From the NCBI GenBank assembly GCA_963555995.3, contig OY821641.1, positions 1,920,001 through 1,984,000 of the forward strand: 64,000 bases of DNA, read 5' to 3'. The notes under the pieces were generated by a model. The model searched no databases, was not told the origin of the DNA, and saw only the letters and a list, made by a program, of their open reading frames with translations. The first letter of the stretch is position 1, and each line of letters starts with the position of its first letter. The DNA is from Vicinamibacteria bacterium. GTDB lineage: Bacteria > Acidobacteriota > Vicinamibacteria > Marinacidobacterales > Marinacidobacteraceae. Made by a program: the position numbers and the translations under genes. Below are positions 9,156 through 18,936 of this stretch, in pieces.

Positions 9156-10376
9156 CTAGTCCGATGGAGATCCATCGTCGGCCTGTTTCAACTCGAGCAA
9201 CACCCCGCCGGCGCTCGCCGGATGGATGAACGCGACCAGGTGGCCGCCCGCCCCCCGGCGCGGCTCGCGGTCCACGAGCCGCACGCCGCGCGCGGCGAGA
9301 GCGGCCAGCGTCTCGTGGATGTCCCCGACTTCGAAACAGACGTGATGGAGCCCCTCACCGCGACGATCCAGATAACGGGAAACCGGACTGTCCGCCGTCG
9401 TCGGTTCCAGCAACTCGAGCAGCCCCCCGGCCGGCGCCCGCTCACCCGCCGGGGCCAGGAAGAGAGCCAGGACCCCGAACTCGTCCACCCGGTAGCGGCC
9501 CGTTTCGCGGAGACCGAGCAGGGCCCGCCAGAGCTCGGCCGCGCCGCTCCCGTCCTTCACCGCGATGCCGACGTGGTGCAGGCGGATCGCCGGTCCCGGT
9601 GTTCCCGGGGCCGATGCGTCCGGCCCCGCGGGTGCTGAACGATCCAGCGGGGGACGCGCTGCGAGTTCGGCCTCCGCCGCTGCCCCCAAATCCTCCACTC
9701 CCGTGCCCTCGCGCGCCGAGGTCAGAAAGACGGGACCCGGCCGCAGGGCCCGGAAGGAAGCGGCCATCGCCTCCGCGCCGGGCCGGTCCGCCTGGTTCAC
9801 CACCACGAAATCAGCCACCTCGAAGAGTCCCGCCTTGGCGGCCTGCACCGCGTCGCCAAGCCCGACCGCGGTGACCGCGATTCCGAGATCGGCGAGGCGC
9901 AGGACCGCATCGTCACCCTGCCCGACGCCGGCCGTTTCGAGCAGGATGCGCTCCGCGCCGCCGGCCGCCAGCAGCCTCAGGACCGCGGGAACCTCGGGAG
10001 CCAGACCGGCTTCCCCGTCGCGCGCCGCCATGCTTCGGAAGAAGACCGCGCCCGACGCTCCGGTGAAACGCACCCGGTCGCCGAGGAGGGCGCCTCCCGT
10101 CCTGGGGCTCGAAGGGTCCACCGCCAGCACGGCCACCCGGCGGCCTGCTGCGGCGAGGGACGCCGCCAGCCGGTTCGCCAGTTCGCTCTTTCCCACCCCC
10201 GGCGGACCGGTCAGGGCGATCACCCGCGCCCGCTCCGGCCAATCGAGCGCCAGCGCCGCCGCGCGGGCTCCCGCCGCCCCGCCCTCGACGAGGGTGATGG
10301 CGCGGCCCAGCGCTCGGCGGTCGCCGGTGGCCACCTCGGGGAAGGTCCCGGCGCCGCCCTCCGTGTCGGAACCCAA
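9156..10376 (-). CDS. meaB: MeaB/ArgK GTPase fused to methylmalonyl-CoA epimerase (VOC fold)
   Basis: N-term GPPGVGKS, AVDPSSPRTGGALLGDRVR, ETAGVGQ; C-term LHHVGIAV, LELLEP, RGEGLHHVCFEV, AFIHPASAGGVLLEL. Confidence 0.88.
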   Translation of the reverse strand: MGSDTEGGAGTFPEVATGDRRALGRAITLVEGGAAGARAAALALDWPERARVIALTGPPGVGKSELANRLAASLAAAGRRVAVLAVDPSSPRTGGALLGDRVRFTGASGAVFFRSMAARDGEAGLAPEVPAVLRLLAAGGAERILLETAGVGQGDDAVLRLADLGIAVTAVGLGDAVQAAKAGLFEVADFVVVNQADRPGAEAMAASFRALRPGPVFLTSAREGTGVEDLGAAAEAELAARPPLDRSAPAGPDASAPGTPGPAIRLHHVGIAVKDGSGAAELWRALLGLRETGRYRVDEFGVLALFLAPAGERAPAGGLLELLEPTTADSPVSRYLDRRGEGLHHVCFEVGDIHETLAALAARGVRLVDREPRRGAGGHLVAFIHPASAGGVLLELKQADDGSPSD

Positions 10377-10395
10377 GGCAGACCCTCCGCCGGGG

Positions 10396-11571
10396 TCAGC
10401 TACCGATCCGCCCGAGCAGGGGCCGGGCGATGAGCAGCCGCTGTATCTCCGAGGTCCCCTCCCCGATGGTCATGAGCTTCGCATCCCGGAGGTAGCGCTC
10501 GGCCGGGTAGTCCCGGATGTATCCGTAGCCACCCAGCACCTGCACCGCGCGGTTGGTCACCCGGACCGCCGTCTCGCTGGCGTGCAGCTTGGCCATCGCG
10601 GACTCGCTGGTCGTCACCGCACCCGAGTCCTTGAGGACCGCGGCGCGCTGGATGAGGAGGTGCGCCGCCTCGATTTCGAGCCTGGAGTCCGCGAGCGGAA
10701 ACCGCACGCCCTGGAAGTCGCTGATCGGCCGGTCGAACTGGCGCCGCTGCTTCGCGTAGGCGACGGCGCACTCGAGGGCGGCCCGGGCGATGCCGAGGGA
10801 GAGCGCCGCGATGCTGATCCGGCCCCCGTCGAGCACCTTCATCGCACCTCGGAACCCGTCGCCGACCGGCCCCAGCCGATTCGCGTCGGGCACCCTGCAG
10901 TCCTCGAAGACCATCTCGGAGGTGTCCGACGCGCGGTGCCCGAGCTTCTTCTCCTTCCGGCCGGTGCGGAACCCGGGAGTCCCGCGCTCCACGATGAAGG
11001 CGGAGATCCCGCGGGTCCTGAGGTCCGGATCGCTGGAAGCCATGCAGATGGCGATGTCCGCCTGCGAACCGTTGGTCGTGAAGGTCTTGCTCCCGTTCAG
11101 GATCCACTCGTTGCCGTCGCGGACCGCGGTGGTACGGGTCCCGCCCGCGTCGCTGCCGGCCTCCGGCTCGGTGAGGCTCCACGCGCCGAGAGCCTGACCG
11201 GTGGCGAGGGGAACGAGGTACCGGGCCTTCTGCTCCTCGGTCCCCTGCTCGTAGATGTGGTTGGCGGCGAGCGACACGTGGGCGGCCACCGTGATCGCCA
11301 CGGACGCATCGGCGCGCGCCAGCTCTTCGACCAGCACCGCGTACTCGGTGTAGCTGAAACCGGCGCCGCCGTACTTCTCGGGGAAAATGGGGCCCAGGAA
11401 ACCCAACTCGCCGAGCTTCCGGACGGTTTCGCCGGGAAACGACTCCTCCTCGTCCCAGCGCGCGGCGTGCGGCAGGATCTCGGTGGCCGCGAACTCGCGG
11501 ACGGCCCGCCGGATTTCGGCTTGAGTCTCGGTGTCGTGGATGCAGATGGAAGGTGCGGTCAAAGCGATCAC
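10396..11571 (-). CDS. Acyl-CoA dehydrogenase (short/branched-chain type)
   Basis: [71 protein letters not shown]. Confidence 0.93.
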   Translation of the reverse strand: MIALTAPSICIHDTETQAEIRRAVREFAATEILPHAARWDEEESFPGETVRKLGELGFLGPIFPEKYGGAGFSYTEYAVLVEELARADASVAITVAAHVSLAANHIYEQGTEEQKARYLVPLATGQALGAWSLTEPEAGSDAGGTRTTAVRDGNEWILNGSKTFTTNGSQADIAICMASSDPDLRTRGISAFIVERGTPGFRTGRKEKKLGHRASDTSEMVFEDCRVPDANRLGPVGDGFRGAMKVLDGGRISIAALSLGIARAALECAVAYAKQRRQFDRPISDFQGVRFPLADSRLEIEAAHLLIQRAAVLKDSGAVTTSESAMAKLHASETAVRVTNRAVQVLGGYGYIRDYPAERYLRDAKLMTIGEGTSEIQRLLIARPLLGRIGS

Positions 11572-11721
11572 AGTCTAGTTTGCGAGATCGCGGTCACCGG
11601 ACATGGACGTGGTGCGGGCGATTCACGCGGCGCCCCATGAGGCGCAGCGGTGGACGCCGCCGGTGCGGATCGGGAGGGCATACCGGAAGGCGTGAGGGGT
11701 CCGCCGGAACTCGAGCCGCCG

Positions 11722-12942
11722 TTATTCGACGACCTCGAAGGGCAGCCGGTTCACCGCCAGGCGGCCGTTCGAGACCACCGCCACCACGTCCTGGATCGCG
11801 GCGATGTTCTCCAGCGGGTCCTCCACCACCACGATGAGGTCCGCCTCCTTGCCGGGCTCGATCACGCCGGTGTCGTCGGCGATGCCGAGCAGTTCCGCGC
11901 TGTAGAGGGTCGCTCCCCGGATCGCCTCGATGGGGCTCAGCCCGACCTTCACGAAGTTCGCGACCTCCACCCCGATGCGGCTCACGCTCTCCGGGCCGTA
12001 GCTCGTGTCGCTCCCGGTGATCAGGCGAACGCCGAGTTCCTGCGCCATCCGCATCGTCTGCTCCATGCGGGGCACCATGAAGTCCGCCCGCAGGGTCAGC
12101 ACCGGGTGGTCGTAGTCGCCGCCCGGCTCGTCGAGATCAACGAGCGTGGTGTAGGTGGGGACCAGCGCGGTGCCCCGTTCCGCCATCAACTGAAGCGTCT
12201 CGCGGGTCAGGAAGGTGCCGTGCTCGATGCTCGCGACTCCGGCGAGCACCGCCGCGCGGGCGCCCTCGTCGCCGTGCGCGTGGCAGAGCACCGGGATGCC
12301 GAGCGCCGCGGCTTCCTCCACGATGGCCCGGAGCTGCGCCTCGGAAAAGACCTGCTTCCTCGGGTCCGTATCGGGCAGGCCGGCCCGCTCGGTCGCCCGG
12401 GTCTTGACCGCCCGGACGCCGTTCTCGGCGTTCACCCGCACCAGCATCCGGAGTTCCTCGTCGCTGCGGATGTCGTCCGAGATCCCGTAGAGGCTCTCGG
12501 AAGCAAGCCGCGCTTCTCCGAGGTTCGGGGTCACGAACACCCCGGCCCCCAGGTAGTCGGGGCCGGCGAGATGCCCGGCGGCCACCATCCGCCCGATGGC
12601 GACATCCCGGTAGGACCCCACGCTCGCGCTCCGCAGCGTGGTCGCTCCGGACTCGAGGGCCCGCCGCACCTGGGAGAGCTGGGTCGCGTGGGTATGGGCG
12701 TCAATGAACCCCGGGAGCACGAACTTGCCGGTGACGTCGAGGGTCTCGACGCCGTCCGGCGGCGTCTCGGCGCCCACCGCGAGGATCCGCCCGTCCCCCA
12801 CGAGGACGTTCGCCCGGGACATCGTCCCCTCGCGGACGTCGAGCACGGACCCGCCGACGAGAGCCAGGTCCGGTTCCTGGGCGATGGCGGGAAGCGCGAT
12901 CCCGGCCGAGAGTGCGAGCGCGACGAGCAGGCGATGGGTCAT
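11722..12942 (-). CDS. Secreted metal-dependent amidohydrolase (Xaa-Pro dipeptidase-like)
   Basis: Signal peptide MTHRLLVALALSAGIALPAIA, PGFIDAHTH, CHAHG, SIEHG, GSDT, GKEADLI; GGAGG upstream of ATG 12942. Confidence 0.85.
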   Translation of the reverse strand: MTHRLLVALALSAGIALPAIAQEPDLALVGGSVLDVREGTMSRANVLVGDGRILAVGAETPPDGVETLDVTGKFVLPGFIDAHTHATQLSQVRRALESGATTLRSASVGSYRDVAIGRMVAAGHLAGPDYLGAGVFVTPNLGEARLASESLYGISDDIRSDEELRMLVRVNAENGVRAVKTRATERAGLPDTDPRKQVFSEAQLRAIVEEAAALGIPVLCHAHGDEGARAAVLAGVASIEHGTFLTRETLQLMAERGTALVPTYTTLVDLDEPGGDYDHPVLTLRADFMVPRMEQTMRMAQELGVRLITGSDTSYGPESVSRIGVEVANFVKVGLSPIEAIRGATLYSAELLGIADDTGVIEPGKEADLIVVVEDPLENIAAIQDVVAVVSNGRLAVNRLPFEVVE

Positions 12943-13018
12943 GGGAAACCTCCGGGACGGGAAAGTATCCCGCAGGCCTTTTCCGTTTCCCCGGCAAACT
13001 GCCGTATCGTCGGCGCGC

Positions 13019-13234
13019 ATGAAGCTCCGGCGCGACCCGCTGAGCCATCCCTGGCTCTTCGTCGGGATCGCGGCGCTCTACGCCTTCTCGATCCCCTGGT
13101 GGTTCGGGGAGGGGAGGCCCGCCATCGTCCTGGGGCTGCCTTCCTGGGCGGTGATCTCGCTCGCGTGCACGTTCGCGGTGAGCTGCCTGGTTTCGTTCGC
13201 GGCGCGCCGGCTCTGGGACGACGGGCAGGACTGA
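13019..13234 (+). CDS. Small 2-TM partner of the solute symporter (DUF3311/DUF997-like)
   Basis: 71 aa, SIPWWF...VLGLPSWAV, 3 nt upstream of the SSS gene. Confidence 0.75.
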   Translation: MKLRRDPLSHPWLFVGIAALYAFSIPWWFGEGRPAIVLGLPSWAVISLACTFAVSCLVSFAARRLWDDGQD

Positions 13235-13237
13235 CCC

Positions 13238-14689
13238 ATGGAGTTCGGGCCGGCGGTGGTCGCCGCTCTCGCCGCCTACATCGCGGTGCTGGCCTTCCTC
13301 GGCCTCCGGGCGCGCGCCGCCCGGGCCTCGGAGTCGCTCGCCGACTTCTACCTGGCGGGACGCGGGCTCGGCGGGATGGTGCTCCTGTTCACCCTCTATG
13401 CCACCCAGTACAGCGGGAACACCCTCGTCGGCTATCCCGGCGAGGCGTACCGGGTCGGGTTCCCGTGGGTGATGAGCGTCGGCTTCATGCTCGCCATCGT
13501 CGTCGTGTATCTGGTGATCGCGCCGCGGCTGCGCGCCGCCTCGGAACGACACCGGTTCGTGACCCCGGCGGACTGGCTCGACCACCGGTTCGGGCACCCC
13601 GGACTTACGCGGGTCACGAACCTGGTGATGGCGGCGGCCATCGCGAACTACCTGCTGGCGCAGCTCATGGCGATGGGACACGTGGTGGCGGGTCTCTCCG
13701 ACGGCGCCATCCCCTACGCGGCCGGCGTGCTGGTCCTCACCGCCGCCATCCTCGGCTACGAGCTCCTCGGCGGACTCCGGGCCGTCGCCTGGACCGACTG
13801 CCTGCAGGGGATCCTGCTCGCGATCGGCCTCTTCGGACTCCTGGCCGCCACCGTGTTCTCGGGAGAGAGCGTCGGGGCGGCCACCGCCTGGGTGCTCGAC
13901 AACCAGCCGGCGAAGGGTTTCCGGCCCGACGCCACGACGCAGGCCACCTGGGCGAGCACCCTGCTGCTGATCGGCTTTTCCGGCGCGGTCTATCCGCAGG
14001 CGATCCAGCGCATCTTCGCCGCCCGGAGCGGCGCCTCCCTGCGGAAAGCGCTCTCCGTCCTGGCCTTCCTCCCCTTCCTCACGACCCTGCCTGTCTTCCT
14101 GGTCGGCATCCTGGCGCTCCCGCGGCTGAGCGGGCTCAGCGGCGTGGCCGCCGACCAGGTCCTCCCGGCGCTGCTGCGCGGCTGGGCGTCCGAGTCCGAG
14201 TGGATGTTCTGGATGTGCATCGTGACGGTGGTGGGCGTCGTGGCCGCGATCATGTCCACCGCCGACTCGGTGCTGCTGACCCTCTCTTCCATGCTGGCCA
14301 AGGACTTCGTGGCCCCGGTGCTCCGCCGGCGGCACGGCGGGGTGGTGGAGGAAGCGCGCATCACCCGCATCGGCAAGGGGTTCTCGCTGGCCATCATGGG
14401 GGTGCTGGTGGCCATCGCCCTCACCCCGCGCATCAGCCTCTGGGGTCTGCTGGAGCTCAAGATGGAACTGCTGGTGCAGGCGGCGCCGGTCTTCGTGCTC
14501 GGACTCACCTGGCCGCGCCTCTCGGCGCGGGCGGCGCTTGCCGGCGTGATCGCCGGGACCCTGCTGGCCGCCGGTCTCACCCTCGCCGGCTACGGGAAGA
14601 TCGGCGGGGTACACGCCGGCCTGCTGGGGGCGATGCTGAATGCCGGGGTAGCGGTCGCCGGCTCGCTCGCCTCGCGCCGGCGGGACTGA
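13238..14689 (+). CDS. Sodium:solute symporter family protein (PanF-like)
   Basis: DFYLAGRGLG, YATQYSGNT, GGLRAVAWTD, AAIMSTADS; about 13 TM segments. Confidence 0.9.
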   Translation: MEFGPAVVAALAAYIAVLAFLGLRARAARASESLADFYLAGRGLGGMVLLFTLYATQYSGNTLVGYPGEAYRVGFPWVMSVGFMLAIVVVYLVIAPRLRAASERHRFVTPADWLDHRFGHPGLTRVTNLVMAAAIANYLLAQLMAMGHVVAGLSDGAIPYAAGVLVLTAAILGYELLGGLRAVAWTDCLQGILLAIGLFGLLAATVFSGESVGAATAWVLDNQPAKGFRPDATTQATWASTLLLIGFSGAVYPQAIQRIFAARSGASLRKALSVLAFLPFLTTLPVFLVGILALPRLSGLSGVAADQVLPALLRGWASESEWMFWMCIVTVVGVVAAIMSTADSVLLTLSSMLAKDFVAPVLRRRHGGVVEEARITRIGKGFSLAIMGVLVAIALTPRISLWGLLELKMELLVQAAPVFVLGLTWPRLSARAALAGVIAGTLLAAGLTLAGYGKIGGVHAGLLGAMLNAGVAVAGSLASRRRD

Positions 14690-14706
14690 CCGCCAGCCGG
14701 GCTCGA

Positions 14707-16644
14707 CTACTCGCCCGGCTGGAGCGGGAGGAGGAGCGCCGAGGGACGTTCCGCCGAATGGTGGATCACGTTTTCCGCCGGAACCGTACGGGTGTGGCGG
14801 CCGAGCGGCTCCCCGGTGTTGGGGTTGGGATCGAAGCGCGGGAAGTTCGAACTGGAGACCTCGAGACGGATCCGGTGGCCGGCCCCGAAGCGGTTCGCGG
14901 TCGGGAAGAGGGTGATCTCCAGTTCGTGGATCTCTCCGGGAGTCATCAGCGATTCCGACTCGCGGGAGTCCCGGTAGCGGGCCCGCAGGATGCCGTCGGT
15001 GACGTTGAGGTCGAACCCCGCCGGAAAGTCCTCGCTCGGAGGATAGACGTCCACCAGCTTGGCGGTGAAATCGGTGTCCGGGGCGCTCGACGAGACCCAC
15101 AGCCGCGCCGAGACGGGACCGATGACCTCGACGTCCTCCTCCAGCGGTTCGGTCTCGAAGACGAGGACATCGGGGCGGTCCGCCGTGCGGCGGCCGTCCA
15201 CCTCGGAACCGAAGAAGCCGTTCTCCGAACCTCCGGAGAGCGACCGGAAGGTCCGTTCGCGCTGGTCGTAGCCGCCCCGCTTCAGCGCGCCCGAGAAGGC
15301 GCCGCCGATGGTCGGGACGGGGTGTTCGGGGTCGTAGGTGTATGCCGAGGAGCCTTCGTCCCCATCCGGCGCCGCGGGGGTCAGGCCGCCGCCCGCGCGC
15401 AGGTGGAAGGGCGTCCATTCCGTCCCTTCCAGCGGCCAGGTGGTCGCGGTCCGCCATTCGCCGCCGTGGAAGAGCCGCCCGTTCTCGTCCCGGTGGCCGT
15501 CGCCGCCGCCCATGACGAACAGGGTCACCGCGCCGGGCGTCTCCAGCCGATCGTCGTTGAACGGCGCGAAATCCCCCTGCCCCTTCAGGCGGGCATCGAA
15601 CCAGCGCAGGTGGAACTCGCGGGCGAAGTCCTCGATCGCGGCCGAGGCGCCGAGTTCGATGTCACCAGCGTGGGAGCGGGCATTGCCTCCGTGGGTCCAC
15701 GGTCCCATCACGAGGGTCATGGGGGCGGACTTGACCCGGGACAGTTCCAGGAAGCTCTGGATGGTGCCGGGGGCGTAGGAGTCGTACCAGCCGCCGACGT
15801 GGAGCATCGGGATGTCCGAACTCGCCTCGTAGTACTCGGCCCAGTTGCGGCCGATGCCCCGGAAGTAGTCGTCGTAGTCCCCGTGGTTCTGCATTTCGAG
15901 GTAGTAGTCCTCGAAGTTGGGAGCGGCGGAGAGCGGGTTTTCGCCCTTGCGGAACGGAGTGTCCGGGAACCAGTCGGCGGGGCCTTCCGCTTCCAGCCGG
16001 GCCCGGACACTCGGTTCGTCGGTCACCGCGGCGAGCTGGCTGTGCGCCCAGCCGAGCTGCTGGCCCAGCTCGAAGGCGCCGTGGTTCCGCACCTTGTGGG
16101 TCCAGGCGTCCGAGAGGCCGCCCATCGTCAGGACGAGCGTCTCCAGACCGGGCGGGCTCAGCTTGGCCGCGTCGGCCTGGGTGTGGGCCCCGTAGGAGGT
16201 GCCCCACATCCCGACCGAGGGGGTGACGTAGTCGAGGCCGGTGATCCACTCGATGGTGTCGAACCCGTCGGGAGCGTCGAACTCGTGGTACTTCTGGAAG
16301 AGCCCCTCGGAGAAGTAGAGGCCCCGCATGTCCTGCACCACCACCACGTAGCCGTGGGAGGCGAACCAGCGCGCCTGCTCGGAGAGCCGGTCGGACGCCT
16401 TGTTGTAGGGCGTGCGGTGGAGGAGGGCCGGGAAGCGCTCGTCCACGGGCTCGCCGCCAGCGGCGGGCCGGTACACGTCGGTCGCGAGACGCACCCCGTC
16501 GCGCATCTCCAGCATGAAGTTGGACTCGACCTGGGCCGCCTCGTAGGGCGGCGGTGCGGGCACGGCGCGTTCTGAATCCCCGGGGTCGGACCCGCACCCG
16601 AGGGCGACCGCTGCGCCCAGCAGGGCGAGGCGGAGGCGGGTCAT
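14707..16644 (-). CDS. CocE/NonD family serine hydrolase, lipoprotein
   Basis: Lipobox ALGC, MRDGVRLATDVYRP, RTPY, nucleophile elbow GTSYGA, GGWYD, GPWTHG, SSSNFPRFD. Confidence 0.92.
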   Translation of the reverse strand: MTRLRLALLGAAVALGCGSDPGDSERAVPAPPPYEAAQVESNFMLEMRDGVRLATDVYRPAAGGEPVDERFPALLHRTPYNKASDRLSEQARWFASHGYVVVVQDMRGLYFSEGLFQKYHEFDAPDGFDTIEWITGLDYVTPSVGMWGTSYGAHTQADAAKLSPPGLETLVLTMGGLSDAWTHKVRNHGAFELGQQLGWAHSQLAAVTDEPSVRARLEAEGPADWFPDTPFRKGENPLSAAPNFEDYYLEMQNHGDYDDYFRGIGRNWAEYYEASSDIPMLHVGGWYDSYAPGTIQSFLELSRVKSAPMTLVMGPWTHGGNARSHAGDIELGASAAIEDFAREFHLRWFDARLKGQGDFAPFNDDRLETPGAVTLFVMGGGDGHRDENGRLFHGGEWRTATTWPLEGTEWTPFHLRAGGGLTPAAPDGDEGSSAYTYDPEHPVPTIGGAFSGALKRGGYDQRERTFRSLSGGSENGFFGSEVDGRRTADRPDVLVFETEPLEEDVEVIGPVSARLWVSSSAPDTDFTAKLVDVYPPSEDFPAGFDLNVTDGILRARYRDSRESESLMTPGEIHELEITLFPTANRFGAGHRIRLEVSSSNFPRFDPNPNTGEPLGRHTRTVPAENVIHHSAERPSALLLPLQPGE

Positions 16645-18038
16645 GCCGTGACTCCGGCGGGAATCCCGGACATCGTGCTCAGGAAGTCCGCGACGCGGGG
16701 AATCTCGTCCACCCGCTCCACCCCGGCCAGCGCCTCCTCGGCGCGGTCGGACGGGAGAGCCTGGGCGGCGCAGTCGCGGAACTTCTGCCGCAGTTCCTCG
16801 CGAGTCAACGGTCGCTCGGGGCCGCCGGGATAAACGTCGGCTTCGACGGTGATCTCCCTGCCATCCCGGAGGCGGAGGTCCATGGCGCTCCGCATCCGGT
16901 CGTAGCCGCGGGCGTCAATCTCGGGATCGAACTCCACCGAGACCCGCCGCATCATGGACACCACTTCCGGCGAACGCACGAAGTCGTCCGAGAACTCCGC
17001 GATGCCCACCCGGCGGCGCAGCACCGCGCTCGCGAGCAGGAACGGGATGGAGAACTTCCCTTCCAGCGGGTTCTGCGGATCCAGGTAGCGCAGCGGATTC
17101 AGGATGTTGCGTCCCGCCCGGAAGGTGATCCCCTCAATGTCAGCCGGCGCCAGGTCCTCGGTACGGATCCATTCCAGGAGCGCGGCGAGACTCGGGTGGC
17201 TGAGGCTGCCGCACGGGAACATCTTCACCGAGACCCCCGGATCGAGCAGGGTGTAGGGATCGCCGAGGTTCAGCCGGTCCGGATCGAACCCGCCCCCGAA
17301 CACCCGGAAAAAGCCCCAGGTGGCTTCGAGCGCATCGTGTCCCGAGGTGTAGCCCCGCGCCGCCAGGTCCACCGCCAGGATGCCGTTCTCGGCGGCCCGC
17401 CCGGCATGGAGTGGCTTCGTCATGGTGCCGAAACCGAGCCGGATGCCCGAGGCCAGACTCGCGGCGATCCCGAGCGCCATCCCCAGTTGCTCCCGATCGA
17501 GGCGGGCGAGCTTGGCCGCGGTCGCAGCGGCGCCGAGGGTCCCCACGGTCGCCGTGGAGTGGAACCCCTCCCCGTAGTGACGCGGGTGGATCGCCTCCGA
17601 GATCTTGCACTCCACCTCGAAGCCGACCAGGAACGCCTCGAGCAGTCCCGCGCCGGAAGCGTCCTCGCGCTCCGCCATCGCGAGCCCGGCCGCGAGCGGG
17701 GCGACCGTGGGATGGGTGAGCAGCCCGAAGATCCGGTCCGGCGCGTTCGAGAGCTGGGTGTCGTCGAAATCGAGCGCGTGGCCGGCGGTCCCGTTCGCGC
17801 GGGCGGCGAGGGAGGCGGGCGCCCGCAGCTCGGACGGCCCGAGGACCGACGCTTCGGGACTCCCCCCCTGCACCGCGATCTGGTCCTGCACGAGCCGCGA
17901 ACAGTCGTCCACGGAGCCGGCGAGGATGACGCCCACGCCGTCGGTAACGCAGCGGCGGCCTTCGGCGAGCAGCGCCTCGGGAAAGTCCTCGATGGTCGTG
18001 TTGAGGATGAAATCGGTTACGGCGGCAGTTGCACCCAC
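16641..18038 (-). CDS. MmgE/PrpD family protein
   Basis: NGTAGHALDFDD, HP, GFHST, GTMTKPLHAG, KMFPCG, EGKFS. Confidence 0.9.
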   Translation of the reverse strand: MGATAAVTDFILNTTIEDFPEALLAEGRRCVTDGVGVILAGSVDDCSRLVQDQIAVQGGSPEASVLGPSELRAPASLAARANGTAGHALDFDDTQLSNAPDRIFGLLTHPTVAPLAAGLAMAEREDASGAGLLEAFLVGFEVECKISEAIHPRHYGEGFHSTATVGTLGAAATAAKLARLDREQLGMALGIAASLASGIRLGFGTMTKPLHAGRAAENGILAVDLAARGYTSGHDALEATWGFFRVFGGGFDPDRLNLGDPYTLLDPGVSVKMFPCGSLSHPSLAALLEWIRTEDLAPADIEGITFRAGRNILNPLRYLDPQNPLEGKFSIPFLLASAVLRRRVGIAEFSDDFVRSPEVVSMMRRVSVEFDPEIDARGYDRMRSAMDLRLRDGREITVEADVYPGGPERPLTREELRQKFRDCAAQALPSDRAEEALAGVERVDEIPRVADFLSTMSGIPAGVTA

Positions 18039-18181
18039 GATGGTTCGCTCTCCTGGAAATCAGCGGCGGAGAGGGTACGCGAAGGAGAGTGCGCTGCCCA
18101 CGCGTTCTCGCCGAGTGAAGGCCCGGGGCCGTGATCCGTCGTCGAGGCCGCGCGCGGAACACGGCGACATCATGACCGGGA

Positions 18182-18209
18182 TGTCAGATTTACACTATGA
18201 TTTCTGACA
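18182..18209 (+). promoter_or_regulatory. Putative AbiEi operator (TGTCAGA-N14-TCTGACA) enclosing -10 TACACT
   Basis: AT-rich inverted repeat ending 3 nt before the ATG at 18213. Confidence 0.55.
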
Positions 18210-18212
18210 ATC

Positions 18213-18824
18213 ATGAATCTCTACCGACCCGGCAGTGTCCCGCAACGCATCATGGAGCGGGCGGAAGCCCTGCCCGAGGCGATGCCACTCTGTCCGAAGG
18301 CGTTCCTCGACCTCGGAACGCGCGCGGCGGTGGATCAAGCGTTCTCTCGGCTGGTACGCGAGAAGCGGCTGCTCCGGATCGGCCAGGGACTCTACGTACG
18401 ACCCGTGAACAGCCCGTATGGCCCGCTCCCGCCCCTGGTGGAAGATGTGATTCCGCAACTGGCAAGGCTCTGGGGAGAAACCATCGTCCCGAGCGGCGCG
18501 GGCGCGGCGAACTACTTGGGACTGATCACCCAGTTTCCGCTGCGGCCTGCGTATTGGACCTCCGGAAAGAACCGTGACCTGCACTTCGGCCGACTGCGCG
18601 TGCGCTTGCGGCACCGCCCACGTTGGCAGCTTCTTTTCCCCGGACGATTGCCGGGCCTGGTAGTCCGGGCGCTCGCTTTCCTGCATCCGAGCGAGGCAGA
18701 GGAAGCCCTGACTCGCTTGGCCCCGCAGCTCTCGGGCACGGAGGCAGCCGAACTGCTGGCGGCGCGACCCCTGCTTCCCGGCTGGATGGCGGTCACGGTG
18801 GGTACCGTGCTGAGCGATGGCTGA
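18213..18824 (+). CDS. Type IV TA antitoxin, AbiEi-like (DUF6088 family)
   Basis: FLDLGTRAAVDQAFSRL, LLRIGQGLYVRP, GAGAANYLGLITQFP, YWTSG. Confidence 0.82.
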   Translation: MNLYRPGSVPQRIMERAEALPEAMPLCPKAFLDLGTRAAVDQAFSRLVREKRLLRIGQGLYVRPVNSPYGPLPPLVEDVIPQLARLWGETIVPSGAGAANYLGLITQFPLRPAYWTSGKNRDLHFGRLRVRLRHRPRWQLLFPGRLPGLVVRALAFLHPSEAEEALTRLAPQLSGTEAAELLAARPLLPGWMAVTVGTVLSDG

Positions 18825-18924
18825 CTCCATCTGGTCGCTCTCGGCGGACGCTCGACGGAGTGCACCCTTCGACGAACTCATGGACGCCTGTAGCGACCTT
18901 GAACGGCGCGCCAACCGCCGCTGA
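18817..18924 (+). pseudogene. Internally deleted AbiEii-type nucleotidyltransferase toxin remnant (35 aa)
   Basis: Overlaps the antitoxin stop codon; MADSIWSLSADARRSA joined to PFDELMDACSDLERRANRR*, resembling the extreme N- and C-termini of DUF6088-associated AbiEii toxins. Confidence 0.6.
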
Positions 18925-18936
18925 CCGGACGGGCGC

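Noticed and set aside
11650-16575. 1641-aa + strand ORF and other long Arg/Gly/Pro-rich ORFs (for example 9565..11640, 12701..15457, 47745..50159, 51291..53816)
   Set aside because: Shadow frames of high-GC genes; they overlap well-supported CDSs and show no recognisable motifs
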